Source of the DNA: Gammaproteobacteria bacterium
Lineage (GTDB): Bacteria > Pseudomonadota > Gammaproteobacteria > UBA4575
Direction: 5' to 3'
Length of the DNA stretch: 64,000 bases
Assembly (NCBI GenBank): GCA_965247265.1
Contig: OZ252002.1
Location: 1,962,565-2,026,564, forward strand
The notes under the pieces were generated by a model. That model saw only the letters and a list, made by a program, of their open reading frames with translations. It was not told the origin of the DNA and did no database searches. Below are positions 40,339 through 51,244 of the stretch, in pieces. Both the position numbers and the translations under genes were made by a program. Each line of letters begins with the position of its first letter. Position 1 is the first letter of the stretch.

Positions 40339-41676
40339 TTATCGGTCAAATTGTAATTGTTCGCCATAAAATCCTTCCTTAGTAAATTTTCCATCCTCAT
40401 ATACGATCTTTCCATTTAGAATAGTGGCGCTAATTGAAGATCGAAAAGTAAAATTATTAAAAGGCGACCAACCGCATTTGTATAAAATATTTTCAGGTGT
40501 TACATGGAATGATTTTTCGTGGTCTATTAGTACCAAATCTGCAAAATAATCTTCCCGAATATAGCCTCTATCTACAACGCTAAAGCGTTTTGCAACATTA
40601 TGACTTGTTTTTTCAACAATCTTTTCCATGCTAAAAATATTGTTGTGATAGTGTTCTAAAAGGCTTAATAGGGCATGCTGCACCAAAGGCAATCCAGCAG
40701 GCGCTGTTATATAATTTCCATGTTTTTCTTTCATTAAATGCGGAGCATGATCCGTAGCAATTATATCAATTCGATTTTCATTCACCCCATGTAATAGGCC
40801 CTGCTGATCCTGAAGTGTCTTAATAGCTGGATTACATTTAATTAAAGATCCATGTTCGGCATAATCTGCCGCATTGAAAAACAAATAATGCACACAAACT
40901 TCAGCTGTAATATTCTTATTATCTACCTCGGCACTATCAAAAAGATCTAATTCCTTAGCTGTAGACAAATGTAATACATGCAGCTGGGTTCCATGTTTCT
41001 TTGCAAGCGTTACTGCCTTTAATGAAGAGTTATAACATGCCTGTTCTGAGCGAATTATTGGGTGATATTCGACAGGTATATCATCCCCATATTCTTGCTG
41101 AAATTTATGTAGATTTTCATTAATTAAAACTGAATCTTCGCAGTGCGTAATAATGGGTACAGGTGCATTTTTGAATATCCCTTCTAAAACATCATCATCG
41201 TCTACGAGCATGTTACCTGTAGATGCTCCCATAAACACTTTAATTCCACATGCTAAGTTCTTTGGCACCATTTTCAATATTTCTAAATTGTCATTACTGG
41301 CTCCCATGTAAAATGCATAATTTGCTTGTGCACGCTTCGCTGCAACTTCATATTTTTGTTGCAATAGCTCTAAGGTAAGTGTTGGCGGTTTGACATTTGG
41401 CATGTCCATAAAGCTGGTTATACCACCTGCAATAGCAGCATGAGATTCCGTTGCCATATCTGCTTTATGCGTAAGCCCTGGTTCTCTGAAATGCACTTGG
41501 TCATCAATCATGCCGGGGATCAAGCACTTGCCATTAGCATCCAGAATTTGTTTAGCGGTAACGTGTTGTAAATCATTATCAATCTGCGTAATTCTTTGAT
41601 TAGTTATTAGGATATCTTTATTTACAGTTGTACTTTCATTTACAACTCTTGCATTAGTAATTAGTAGATCATGCAT
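40339..41676 (-). CDS. pyrC: dihydroorotase-like cyclic amidohydrolase (class I, 445 aa)
   Basis: ...CLIPGMIDDQVHFREPG...metal-binding His/Asp pattern. Confidence 0.65.
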   Translation of the reverse strand: MHDLLITNARVVNESTTVNKDILITNQRITQIDNDLQHVTAKQILDANGKCLIPGMIDDQVHFREPGLTHKADMATESHAAIAGGITSFMDMPNVKPPTLTLELLQQKYEVAAKRAQANYAFYMGASNDNLEILKMVPKNLACGIKVFMGASTGNMLVDDDDVLEGIFKNAPVPIITHCEDSVLINENLHKFQQEYGDDIPVEYHPIIRSEQACYNSSLKAVTLAKKHGTQLHVLHLSTAKELDLFDSAEVDNKNITAEVCVHYLFFNAADYAEHGSLIKCNPAIKTLQDQQGLLHGVNENRIDIIATDHAPHLMKEKHGNYITAPAGLPLVQHALLSLLEHYHNNIFSMEKIVEKTSHNVAKRFSVVDRGYIREDYFADLVLIDHEKSFHVTPENILYKCGWSPFNNFTFRSSISATILNGKIVYEDGKFTKEGFYGEQLQFDR

Positions 41677-41872
41677 ATGGATTGTATTTATCTTGACTAA
41701 TTGAAAAATTAAATGTCTAAATTTTAACTGACTGATATTAAGTAGGTTAACTTTTTTATCGCTTAATTACACTCAAAAACACGAAAATAATTAATGTTGT
41801 TTTAATAACCAAAATATGAAACCCTTCACATTACGGTGTTTGAAATTATAGACAGCCTTTGCTTAAAAACAC

Positions 41873-42133
41873 TTGAATGAGTTGGAAACATACTGGAGTG
41901 GAGATAGAACGATGAGTCAGATTGGAATTGACTTGGCATACACAAATGATCGCAGACAATGCATTGATCGACGCGAACGCATAATAAAATCTGAATTTCC
42001 TCTTGTAGATAGTGATGGACGCTTCATTAAAGCCGATCGCAGAAATGCGCCTGATCGCAGGCTTGCCAACATTCAAGTCAAAGAAGTGTCGGTAAATGGG
42101 CGAATCTTTAGTTCATTATTTAGCAACCATTAA
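41873..42133 (+). CDS. small basic protein with duplicated DRR-x3-5-DRR motifs (paralogue 1)
   Basis: ...TNDRRQCIDRRERI...ADRRNAPDRRLANIQV...FSSLF. Start may be at Met-14 (MSQIG...). Confidence 0.45.
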   Translation: MNELETYWSGDRTMSQIGIDLAYTNDRRQCIDRRERIIKSEFPLVDSDGRFIKADRRNAPDRRLANIQVKEVSVNGRIFSSLFSNH

Positions 42134-42359
42134 ACTAAGAAACCATTTGCTGCTTCTCGGTGCGCTCATTTTGTATATACAAAATTATTTAGTTACCAAT
42201 TAGCTATTACTTGTTAATCACAAATATTTACTTAAAAAAATTAAGCATTTCTTCCTGTAATTGTGTGAAGTAGATCACATACATATCGAAGTAAATTTCG
42301 ATACGGTATGCACACAAATATGTTACTTATTATTAGAATAAAAATATCGAAGGAATGAA

Positions 42360-42578
42360 ATGAAAATGATCAATAATGGTGATCGCCGTGGTGAAAATGA
42401 CCGAAGGAACTCAATGCAAGGTGCTCAATTTCCAATTATTACGCGCCATGGTGTTTGTGTGCGTAATGATAGGCGCCGACATCCTGATCGAAGAATTTCA
42501 AAAATAGAAGTAGGTGAAAATAATATTGATGAAGACGCATTTGAGCTTCTCTTTCAAACCTATACCGAAAATCGATAA
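42360..42578 (+). CDS. small basic protein with duplicated DRR-x3-5-DRR motifs (paralogue 2)
   Basis: ...GDRRGENDRRNS...NDRRRHPDRRISKIEV...FELLF. Collinear with paralogue 1. Confidence 0.45.
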   Translation: MKMINNGDRRGENDRRNSMQGAQFPIITRHGVCVRNDRRRHPDRRISKIEVGENNIDEDAFELLFQTYTENR

Positions 42579-42647
42579 CAAGTCCGTGTAAACTTCTTTA
42601 TCTTTGAGATGCGATCTCAATCCATTCGTTTTGATTTAATCATGATT

Positions 42648-42845
42648 TCATTCTAAATTTGAAACCAGCCGATATACCGCAATAAGCAACCCAAACCCGA
42701 CATACAGTCCCAGAAGTGAAATAAGCAAAAGCAGCCCCACAGCTGAACTGACTACTTCGGTTCGAACTAAAATAAATACACCAGCCACCAAGCTAGTGAA
42801 TAACGTCATCGTCCCAACAACGATTATAATTTTATTGTGTTTCAT
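42648..42845 (-). CDS. small membrane protein, hypothetical
   Basis: 65 aa with two TM helices. Confidence 0.3.
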   Translation of the reverse strand: MKHNKIIIVVGTMTLFTSLVAGVFILVRTEVVSSAVGLLLLISLLGLYVGFGLLIAVYRLVSNLE

Positions 42846-43027
42846 TAATTACCAATAATATATTCACATAATCTAGTTATCTATATCGTTATAATACTAT
42901 TGCATTCAGTATCATGCCGAGAATTTTTGCCAAAACAAAAATATATATTATGTGTATATTAAAATTTAAAGTAACAAAATATGCTATAAGTTGATAGCCT
43001 TATTAATTCAGATTTTGTTACTTATAT

Positions 43028-43843
43028 TTACTTGGAAATTGCACACCGAAACCCAATAGATCCATAAATCGATTTCCCACTTACTGGCGGTTTAACGTTA
43101 CGATACGAACTACGTAAGTTCTTTTTATTTTCATCCCAAGAACCCCCTCGCACGATTCTTTGTTTTCCTTTTGCAGGGCCTGCTAAATCGCCTTTTGCAT
43201 AATGGTCTTGAATTGCAGTTTTTGAATACCAATTCATGGTCCATTCTCCTGCGTTTCCGTGCATATCGAAAAGATCAAAATTATTAGGTTCTCTACTCGC
43301 TATTTTCCAAGTGCGGTCTTCGCCACATCCATCTGGTTCGTTTGGAACGGATCCAAACGTGACACCATCATCCAAAATTGCGTGTGTACAATCCACATCT
43401 TGACCCCAAGGGTAGCGAGTAATTGATTCTGCTCTCGCTGCTTTTCCCATTCTGCTTCATACGGCAGTCGCCTACCTTTCCATTCACAATAAGAAAGTGC
43501 CTCATCCCAATCAACGCAATTCACAGGATGATTCACACGCGTTGGCTCACCGACATTACAATACTTATTTCGAAAGTGATCTTTTGGTCGTTTGCATACA
43601 CCTTCAGCCATGCATTCTTCATATTGCGAAACCGTAACCTCATATTTATCAATATTAAAACTCGGCACTATTACGCTTTCACCCCCCCCCTTCTCGTCCT
43701 TCATCTTCCAAGCAGAGATCATCAGCAGGTGAACAACCCATATTGAATTTTCCTTCAGAGATCTTAATAGAACTTGAGTCTGCAATAATAGAACTGCTGT
43801 AGAAAATGAAATATAAAATAGTAAAATTTAATAATTTGCTCAT
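43028..43843 (-). pseudogene. formylglycine-generating-enzyme (FGE-sulfatase/SUMF1) family protein with signal peptide; frameshifts at a G9 tract (43682-43690) and an A-run (about 43442)
   Basis: Three frames: MSKLLNFTILYFIFYSSSIIA...KFNMGCSPADDLCLEDEGREGGG | ...ESVIVPSFNIDKYEVT...NHPVNCVDWDEALSYCEWKGRRLPYEAEWEK | AARAESITRYPWG...MHGNAGEWTMNWY...RIVRGGSWDE. Confidence 0.65.
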
Positions 43844-44263
43844 GCTATGTAAATGTAGTGACCACATGATGATATCCTGCCTTTGAATGAATTTTTTTAT
43901 CTTTAACATAGACAGAAATTAGAAGAATTTGATTGCAAATTATTTTGCTGATCTTTTGCAATTATCTATGTTAATACTTGCTGATTTTTCCATTCTACAG
44001 ACTCTTTAGAAGTTGTATTGTTGACTATAAGCATTGCTGAATGCTTGCCTCAATTTTGAACAACTTACCATCGTACAATTTCCTCCATCCATATTAACGA
44101 CATTCTGCCTCCATTAGTCTCACTGGGCATTTTGCACCTCTTATCCAAGTTTAAACGTACTTTGATACGTAATTGTGAAAGTATAGGTCACAGTTTAGAT
44201 ATCTAAACCAATTTTTGAATTGTCTTAGTACAAGAAATTCTTGTAGAAAAAATTGTGCGTTAA

Positions 44264-44608
44264 ATGAGTAGTAAATTTTTCTTTGTGCTTTGGGGTGCTA
44301 CATTAGCATTCATATTACTTATTATAGGGGTTCTAGCTATCCTAGACTTATCTAATTTCGTTACCCTTAACTGGATTCAAAATTTATTTCAAAGCAAACC
44401 AACAAAAATTGCATGGGTGGTTGGGTCTATGTCCTGCTTCATTATTTTTGTAATGCTTGCAACAAATGCATACCGTAAAGAAAAGGATATTTATTTGCTA
44501 AGGGTTGATGAAAATAAAATGGTATTAATGTCCAATTTAAGAAAACCGCAAAACGCACACTCAGCTCAAGTTGCTGACACTTTATTTAAAGAAGATGCAA
44601 TTCAATAG
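44264..44608 (+). CDS. membrane protein, hypothetical (114 aa)
   Basis: Two TM segments. Confidence 0.35.
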   Translation: MSSKFFFVLWGATLAFILLIIGVLAILDLSNFVTLNWIQNLFQSKPTKIAWVVGSMSCFIIFVMLATNAYRKEKDIYLLRVDENKMVLMSNLRKPQNAHSAQVADTLFKEDAIQ

Positions 44609-44663
44609 CACTATTTTATTAGATTAATTTTTTCCCTGTATAAATAACCCTGAGACCAATCTT

Positions 44664-45074
44664 ATGTATCGATTAATAGCAATTATTTTACTTTCCCTAA
44701 TTGCGAGCAGTTCGCAAGCCTATAACTATGAAATTCCTTCATTTTATATTACATCAAACTGCATCGATAACACTGCTGTTGAAAAATCAAATAAGAATGA
44801 CGGCTGGATATTAACACTCAATTTTTCAAGCGAAGGTGCCGCAAAAATCTATAAATTCAGCAAAGAAAACAATGGGAAAATGGTTAAATTTATCTTCAAA
44901 AGTGATGATTATGAATTCAGAACAAAAACTATGCTGCGTAGTGAAATTACTAATCAAATGCGTATCGAAGGTAATATTTCAAATAAAGAAATATTTAAAG
45001 TACAAGATAAAATTCCTACAATACAAGGTGAATGCGGTGTAAAAAAGCTTGATGAACGCTATATGACACCTTGA
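44664..45074 (+). CDS. secreted hypothetical protein (136 aa)
   Basis: Signal peptide MYRLIAIILLSLIASSSQA. Confidence 0.35.
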   Translation: MYRLIAIILLSLIASSSQAYNYEIPSFYITSNCIDNTAVEKSNKNDGWILTLNFSSEGAAKIYKFSKENNGKMVKFIFKSDDYEFRTKTMLRSEITNQMRIEGNISNKEIFKVQDKIPTIQGECGVKKLDERYMTP

Positions 45075-45142
45075 ATTAAAAAGAATTAAATTTTAGACCA
45101 AACAACAGGAACAATCATCAATGAATTTTTGTAGATTTAAAT

Positions 45143-45838
45143 TTAAAAATAATTAATGCTGCTCGGTGGATAAACACACTCTCCATTAATGGCTATACCA
45201 TTCGATATTTCACACACAGATCCGTTACTCATATATATTTTTCCAGACTTTAAAATCAACCCCCTCTCAAAATAACCAATAAACTTTTGTCCGGCTTTAT
45301 CAAAGTAGGTGCCTTTCCCTTGAATAGTGCCAGTGTGGTATTGACCTTCGTACCTGCTACCATTTGGCCAGGTAGTGGTACCAAAACCGTGTCTAAAATC
45401 ATCTTGATAATTACCTTCATAGCGTTGTCCATTCGAAAATTCATAAACACCTAGTCCATTACGCTGATCATCGCGATAACTACCTTTGTATTGATCTCCG
45501 TTAGGCCATTTGTAAACACCTTTCCCTTCACGCATCCCACTACGAAACCCACCCACATACATTTCACCATTAAACCAAATTGTGACGCCTTCTTCATCCT
45601 TTTCACCGTTAACAAAGCTTTCTCTAAATTTGCTGCCGTCTTTATAGATTATTGTTCCCTCTCCGTGAGGGATAGTGCCATCGCATTGGCCATAATACGT
45701 TTCCCCACCATCATTGTCGGTTAACTTTAATTCACAGATATTGAGGTGACTTGCAGATGTTTCTGGCGAGCTTGCGCTTTCTGCATAAGCACGAGTTGAG
45801 ATCAATAAAAAAATAATAATGAAAATATGTATTTTCAT
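45143..45838 (-). CDS. secreted MORN-repeat protein
   Basis: Signal peptide, then about 6 repeats of YxGxxxxGxxxGxGxxxWxNGxxYxG. Confidence 0.65.
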   Translation of the reverse strand: MKIHIFIIIFLLISTRAYAESASSPETSASHLNICELKLTDNDGGETYYGQCDGTIPHGEGTIIYKDGSKFRESFVNGEKDEEGVTIWFNGEMYVGGFRSGMREGKGVYKWPNGDQYKGSYRDDQRNGLGVYEFSNGQRYEGNYQDDFRHGFGTTTWPNGSRYEGQYHTGTIQGKGTYFDKAGQKFIGYFERGLILKSGKIYMSNGSVCEISNGIAINGECVYPPSSINYF

Positions 45839-46283
45839 TACACATCCTCGAATTACGAACCGATATGCTCGATATGAATCTATACTATTAAATTTGATTT
45901 GAGCAGCCTAAAATTTAGAAACACAGCTTACTGTTAATTACAAACTTCAATCAATTAGTATCACACTAATATATTTGAAATGGATTTTTAAATATTCCAA
46001 CCTTACTATTTGTATCACAATTTTTAAAGATAACCTTAATGTTGCGATGTTAATAAAATCGAAATACTGCAATGTTAATAATGTATATAGGTTGTTTTTA
46101 TACGTACAGCACAAAAGTATTAAAATAATTATTCATTATACGTATACATTCGGATACAACACTAGTAATTTGCATGTAAAATGCTATTAATGGTTAGATA
46201 TTTTAGGTAGCTTTTAAACCCTTTATTAACAACCTAGAATAAATGCAGAATCTTAAAATTCTGTTAATAAAGAAATTTGGGGG

Positions 46284-46577
46284 ATGTTCTCAGTGAAATT
46301 TGGAATCACACTTCCTATTGCAGTTGTTGCCTTTACCGTAGGCGCATTTGCACCATATTTCTACCTAAAAGGTAAAATCGAAGATATAAATTCGAAAGTA
46401 GATAGCTTCATTGAATATGTAAAATCTAACAACCAAAGAAATGAAGGTTACCAACCCGTTACTAGCGATAAGATAAAAACAAACATCCTGTCAGAAAAAG
46501 CAAGTGAAGTTGATGTTATGAATCAAAAGTATAACAATAGTGTTGCTGTACAAATTAATGATTCTACAAATTTGTAA
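46284..46577 (+). CDS. membrane-anchored hypothetical protein
   Basis: N-terminal TM segment. Confidence 0.3.
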   Translation: MFSVKFGITLPIAVVAFTVGAFAPYFYLKGKIEDINSKVDSFIEYVKSNNQRNEGYQPVTSDKIKTNILSEKASEVDVMNQKYNNSVAVQINDSTNL

Positions 46578-46586
46578 CTTCCAAAC

Positions 46587-47078
46587 TTAATTAAGCACAT
46601 TCTTTTCCTCTGAGAAAATACAGTGCTTAATTTTTTTCCAAAAATTAAGATCTTCTTGTGTAAGGCGGTTTTCTAAATCACCTAGTATATTCTCATATAA
46701 GGCATAAATTTTATCTCCAATTTCGATACCTTTTGAAGTAATATGAATTTCAACCACGCGCCGATCATTGATCTGGCGTTTGCGTTCAATTAACTGCCTT
46801 TCTTCCAGTCCATCTAACAAACGAGTTATTGTAGTTGCGTCTGCATTCATCAAATTTGCTATCTTTGTAGGTGTATCAGCACGCTTAAGATAAATAATCT
46901 TCAGCACTAACCATTGATTAATGGAAAGATTAACACTCCGCAGTGGCTTAATGAGCTGACGCTTTGCCTCATTTACCACGCTCATACCAAGAAAAACTGT
47001 AGATACATATATCTCTAAACAACGTTTTTTAACGGGTAATTTACTTTCACGCTCTAATATGTTTACTGTTCTGTTCAT
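46587..47078 (-). CDS. MarR-family transcriptional regulator
   Basis: Winged HTH ...PTKIANLMNADATTITRLLDGLEERQLIERKRQINDRRVVEIHITSKG. Confidence 0.7.
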   Translation of the reverse strand: MNRTVNILERESKLPVKKRCLEIYVSTVFLGMSVVNEAKRQLIKPLRSVNLSINQWLVLKIIYLKRADTPTKIANLMNADATTITRLLDGLEERQLIERKRQINDRRVVEIHITSKGIEIGDKIYALYENILGDLENRLTQEDLNFWKKIKHCIFSEEKNVLN

Positions 47079-47261
47079 CTTTGTCCCTCTACTTTACGTA
47101 TTCAATGTCATAAAATTCAAATCAGCCCTTTCTCTCTAGTCATTGGCTATATTTATCATTTATTATAGTTGCAGCTGACAATTACCGATCCCAGTTTTTT
47201 ACGGTAATTAACGTGTTAAATATGAAATTACATCGCGCGCCTGGTTGAGCGCAAAAAATAC

Positions 47262-48882
47262 ATGAGCACAACAGATTCAATAGATCGAACAGGTGTGGAA
47301 CCAAGTGAAGATGAGATAAAAATCCAACTCACTTCAATTCTAGAAGATCCTGAATTCAAACGATCCCCAAAAATACAAATGTTTTTGGAATATGTTGTTG
47401 TAGAAACATTAGATAATAAGCAACAATATTTAAAAGCCTACGCCATTGCTGTAGCGGTATTTCAAAAAAGTGATGATTTTGACCCGCAGACTGACCCAAT
47501 TGTCCGCGTACAAGCTGTCCGATTACGGCGTATGCTACAGCAATTTTATTTGTCGTCAGGGCGCGATGATAAAGTGATCATAGAAATTCAAAAAGGCAGC
47601 TATATCCCAAAATTTTATTACCGTAATACTCAAAATCATCAAAAATCCATTTCGCCAGAATTTATAAAAGAAGGTTCATTCCCAAGCATTGCAATACTAA
47701 ACTTTAAAGACCTCAGCACTCACTTTGCGCATGAAAATTTTGTAGATGGAATCTCACAGGAAATATTCCATCAATAATCCAAATTTAAAGGGCTAATTGT
47801 TATTGCAAGAACTTCAATTAATGTTGATGAAAATAAATATTTAGCTACTAAAAACCTTCATAAAATTACAGATGTCCGCTATGTATTGAGTGGTAGTGTT
47901 CACATACTAGAGGATGCCATTCGTGTTTATGTAGAACTTGATGACACCTATACGCATACTAATGTTTGGACGCATACTTTTGATAAAAAGATGAGTGTAA
48001 GTAGCATAATTGCAATACAAGACGATATTGCACATCAGGCTGCTGCAGCCATTGCACAACCATATGGAGTAATAATCCGCAATGAACTCGCAAATTTAAA
48101 TCGTAAGTCTACAAATGACCTAACTGCATATGAACTTTACTTACACTACTATAAATGGCGCCTGACTTTATCACCAAAGGATCATTTGCTAGCACGCGAA
48201 TCACTGGAACAAGCTGTTCAATTAGATCAAGATTTTTCCGATGCATGGGCAGCGCTTGCAATGATCTATGCTGCAGAGCACTTTTTATCATGCAATATTG
48301 TGAAGCGAGATCGTGAAATCCAGCAACTCACTTTTGAAACAGCACGCAAGGCTTGTCAAAATCAGCCCAGAAAATGCTCGCGCGCACTACGCTTTATACT
48401 ATGCCGACCTCATGACCCGTGGGGCACAATCAAGTACAGCGCAAGCAGAAAAAGCCTTTAACCTAAATCCAAATGATTCGCTGTTACTGGCAGGATACGG
48501 AATTCGATTAGCATTCAGTGGGAAATGGAATAGAGGCTTAGAAATGATCGAGCATGCGATGATTTTGAACCCTGCCCATCCAGATTTTTTTCATATTCCC
48601 TTTGTCATTGATTTTTATCATCGCGGCGAACTTGATAACGCACTACGCGAAGCAAGAGAAATTGACATGCCAGACTTTTATTGGACTTATATGATATTAA
48701 CTGCCATCTATGCAGATATGAATGATTCAAACAAAGCGCAGGAAACAGCAAAACACTTATCCACGCTATATCCAGATATTGAGCACCATGCCCGAAGTGA
48801 ACTAGAGAAATGGCAATTGCCCACAGGCCTTATTGATAAAATTTTAAATGGGCTGAAAAAATCAGGCTTACAAATTACTTGA
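47262..48882 (+). pseudogene. CadC/ToxR-like winged-helix transcriptional activator with TolB_N-like and TPR domains; in-frame TAA at 47775-47777 plus a frameshift near 48313-48461
   Basis: wHTH ...PKIQMFLEYVVVE...RVQAVRLRRML. Reading continues in the same frame through TAA into ...LIVIARTS...VRYVLSGSV.... TPR-like C-terminus in a third ORF. Confidence 0.55.
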
Positions 48883-48925
48883 TTAAATTATTATAACCTT
48901 TTATTTATTAAGTAATTTATTAAAT

Positions 48926-48939
48926 TGGCGGAGAGGGAG
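48926..48939 (+). repeat. candidate att direct repeat TGGCGGAGAGGGAG (tRNA-Ser-like 3' end, reverse complement)
   Basis: 14/15 match with 57855-57868. The reverse complement CTCTCCGCCA equals the 3' end of enterobacterial tRNA-Ser. Confidence 0.4.
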
Positions 48940-49080
48940 TCCGTCATAGTCTAATCTAATACAACCCTATATAATCCAAAAAATAGCTGTATTACAGCAG
49001 TTAAACTAAGATTATAGTCTAATGCTGTCCGATTCAATATTCTTGAATCCGTATATAAGACGTATATAGGAACGTATATA

Positions 49081-50280
49081 GATGCCTAAGACGATTGAGC
49101 GTTTAAGCGCACTGAAGAAGGGTCCAAAAGTTAAAGAAAAGTGACTGGTACGCTGATGGAGACGGCCTGTATCTACAAATAAGCCTTTCTGGATCAAAGT
49201 CTTGTGTATTCGCTATGTGCTGCATGGGAAAGAGCATCGACATGGGCTTGCTCATTTGACACCATCGACTTATCAACGGCTCGAAAGCATGCCAAAGAAT
49301 GCAGAGGGCTTAAAAAAGAAGGCATTGACCCCATTCAGTTTAAAAGGGCGCGCAACGCTAAAACCGCATTAAAGCAAGCCAAGAGCAAAACTTTTAAAGA
49401 TTGCGCACTAGCATATATTGATGCGCATAAAGCAGGTTGGAAAAGCCGGAAACACGAATCCCAGTGGCGCAACACACTCGAAACCTACGCATATCCAGTT
49501 ATTGGAAATATATCTATCCAAAGCATTGATGTTGCGTTTGTACTAAAAGTACTTGAACCCATTTGGTATGAGAAAACTGAAACGGCAACACGAGTAAGGC
49601 AACGTATCGAGAATATTCTAGATTGGGCTACCGCACGCAGATACCGAACTGGTGAAAACCCTGCAAGATGGCGAGGTCATTTAGATAAACTCCTGCCAAA
49701 ACGCACAAAGATACAAAAAGTAAAGCATTTCAGTGCAATGCCGTATACAGAATTACCTAAGTATTATGCAAAGCTAAGAAAGAAAGACACCATTGCAGCA
49801 CAAGCATTAGCTTTTACTATCCTTACTGCTACGAGAATAAGCGAGTCAAGAAACGCTGCATGGAAAGAAATTAACCTGAAAACTAAAGAATGGAATATCC
49901 CAGATGTGCGCATGAAAGCGGGTCGACCCCATCGTATACCGTTATCAAAAGAAACTATTACAATATTAAAGAAGGCAAAAATACTTTCACCTGATCAACT
50001 TTTATTTGAGGGAAATATTTTAGGCAGACCAATAAGTGATTCATCCATTAGATCATTGTTGCAAGAAGACTATCCTGATGTAACGGTGCACGGATTTCGT
50101 TCTACTTTTCGCGATTGGTGTGCAGAAATGACTTCGTATCCACGAGAAGTAGCGGAAGCCGCCCTTGCTCACACTATAAAAGATGCAACAGAAAGAGCGT
50201 ATCAACGTGGTGATATATTTAGGAAACGACAACGGTTGATGAATGCATGGGCTAGTTATATATGCGGAGTTAAGGCATGA
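49081..50280 (+). pseudogene. int: P4-type tyrosine integrase with two N-terminal frameshifts
   Basis: MPKTIERLSALKKGPKVKEK | ...WYADGDGLYLQISLSGSKSCVF... | ...AKECRGLKKEGIDP...HGFRSTFRDW...LAH.... Confidence 0.65.
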
Positions 50281-51062
50281 GACTGATGGCAAAACTCCCA
50301 CTGCTGAAGTATTGGAAGCTTGAAGAAGTTTTTAAGAAGAATGAGGGTAAATATTTACTTGATCTTGATGACGAAGAATATAAAACATCAACTTCTGGCT
50401 TCAAAAATAAGCTCTTTCGCGCAATTGATTTAGAAGAAATAGAAACACACAAGTTTAAAAATGATGCTGCTGTTTACTTGCTTAAAGATGACGTTTATGA
50501 ATGGTTTTTTTCTATATACCGCGTAACACTTGACAATTTATTAGATTTACAAATGGGGTATTACACAGATGATAAACCTGATTACATAGCATTTTCTAAT
50601 GCGGCGCATAACCAGAGTGACCCACACAATGAAAGTGCTTTGAATATTCATACTGCATTTTGCTATTTAGTAGGAATACCTATAACTCGTGGTAAGTCAT
50701 TGTGGTCTAAAGAAGAGAAAGAGGAATTTGGTAAATTTAATGAATTTACAGATGGTCGAGAATTTATTTCTCCAAACAGAATAAAATTTATATCAGAAAA
50801 AACAAATATTCCTATGCCTGAAGAAATGATTATTGTGTTCGACGAATATGAGTTTTTGAAGGAAAATAACCCACAAAAAAGAAAACACCCTTTAAAAAAG
50901 TTTATACAAGAGAAGCGTAAAGAGATGTATCAGGAAATTGGGAAAGACCCTGATAAAGAAGCATTATGGAAACGATTTAAAAAGATTCAGACTGAAAATA
51001 ATTTACTTGAAAAGGTTTGGGATGATGTTTTTAGCTGGAAAACCCAAACACATTTATTATAA
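50277..51062 (+). CDS. hypothetical protein (261 aa), start overlaps the integrase stop (ATGA)
   Basis: AT-rich. Lys/Glu-rich. No recognisable domain. Confidence 0.35.
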   Translation: MRLMAKLPLLKYWKLEEVFKKNEGKYLLDLDDEEYKTSTSGFKNKLFRAIDLEEIETHKFKNDAAVYLLKDDVYEWFFSIYRVTLDNLLDLQMGYYTDDKPDYIAFSNAAHNQSDPHNESALNIHTAFCYLVGIPITRGKSLWSKEEKEEFGKFNEFTDGREFISPNRIKFISEKTNIPMPEEMIIVFDEYEFLKENNPQKRKHPLKKFIQEKRKEMYQEIGKDPDKEALWKRFKKIQTENNLLEKVWDDVFSWKTQTHLL

Positions 51063-51244
51063 AAGAAGTTCCATTTAAAAATTTTGATAGACTAGTAAGA
51101 GAAGTTAAAAAAATTACCCACCACCATAATATTTTCATTTTTTTTCATATATTTTCTTAGCCGTCCCTTAGCCGTCTTTAGCTGTAAATTTATTGTGGGA
51201 TAATCTCTCCGGTGGAGACAAACTTAATCCGATGGAGATCAAAA

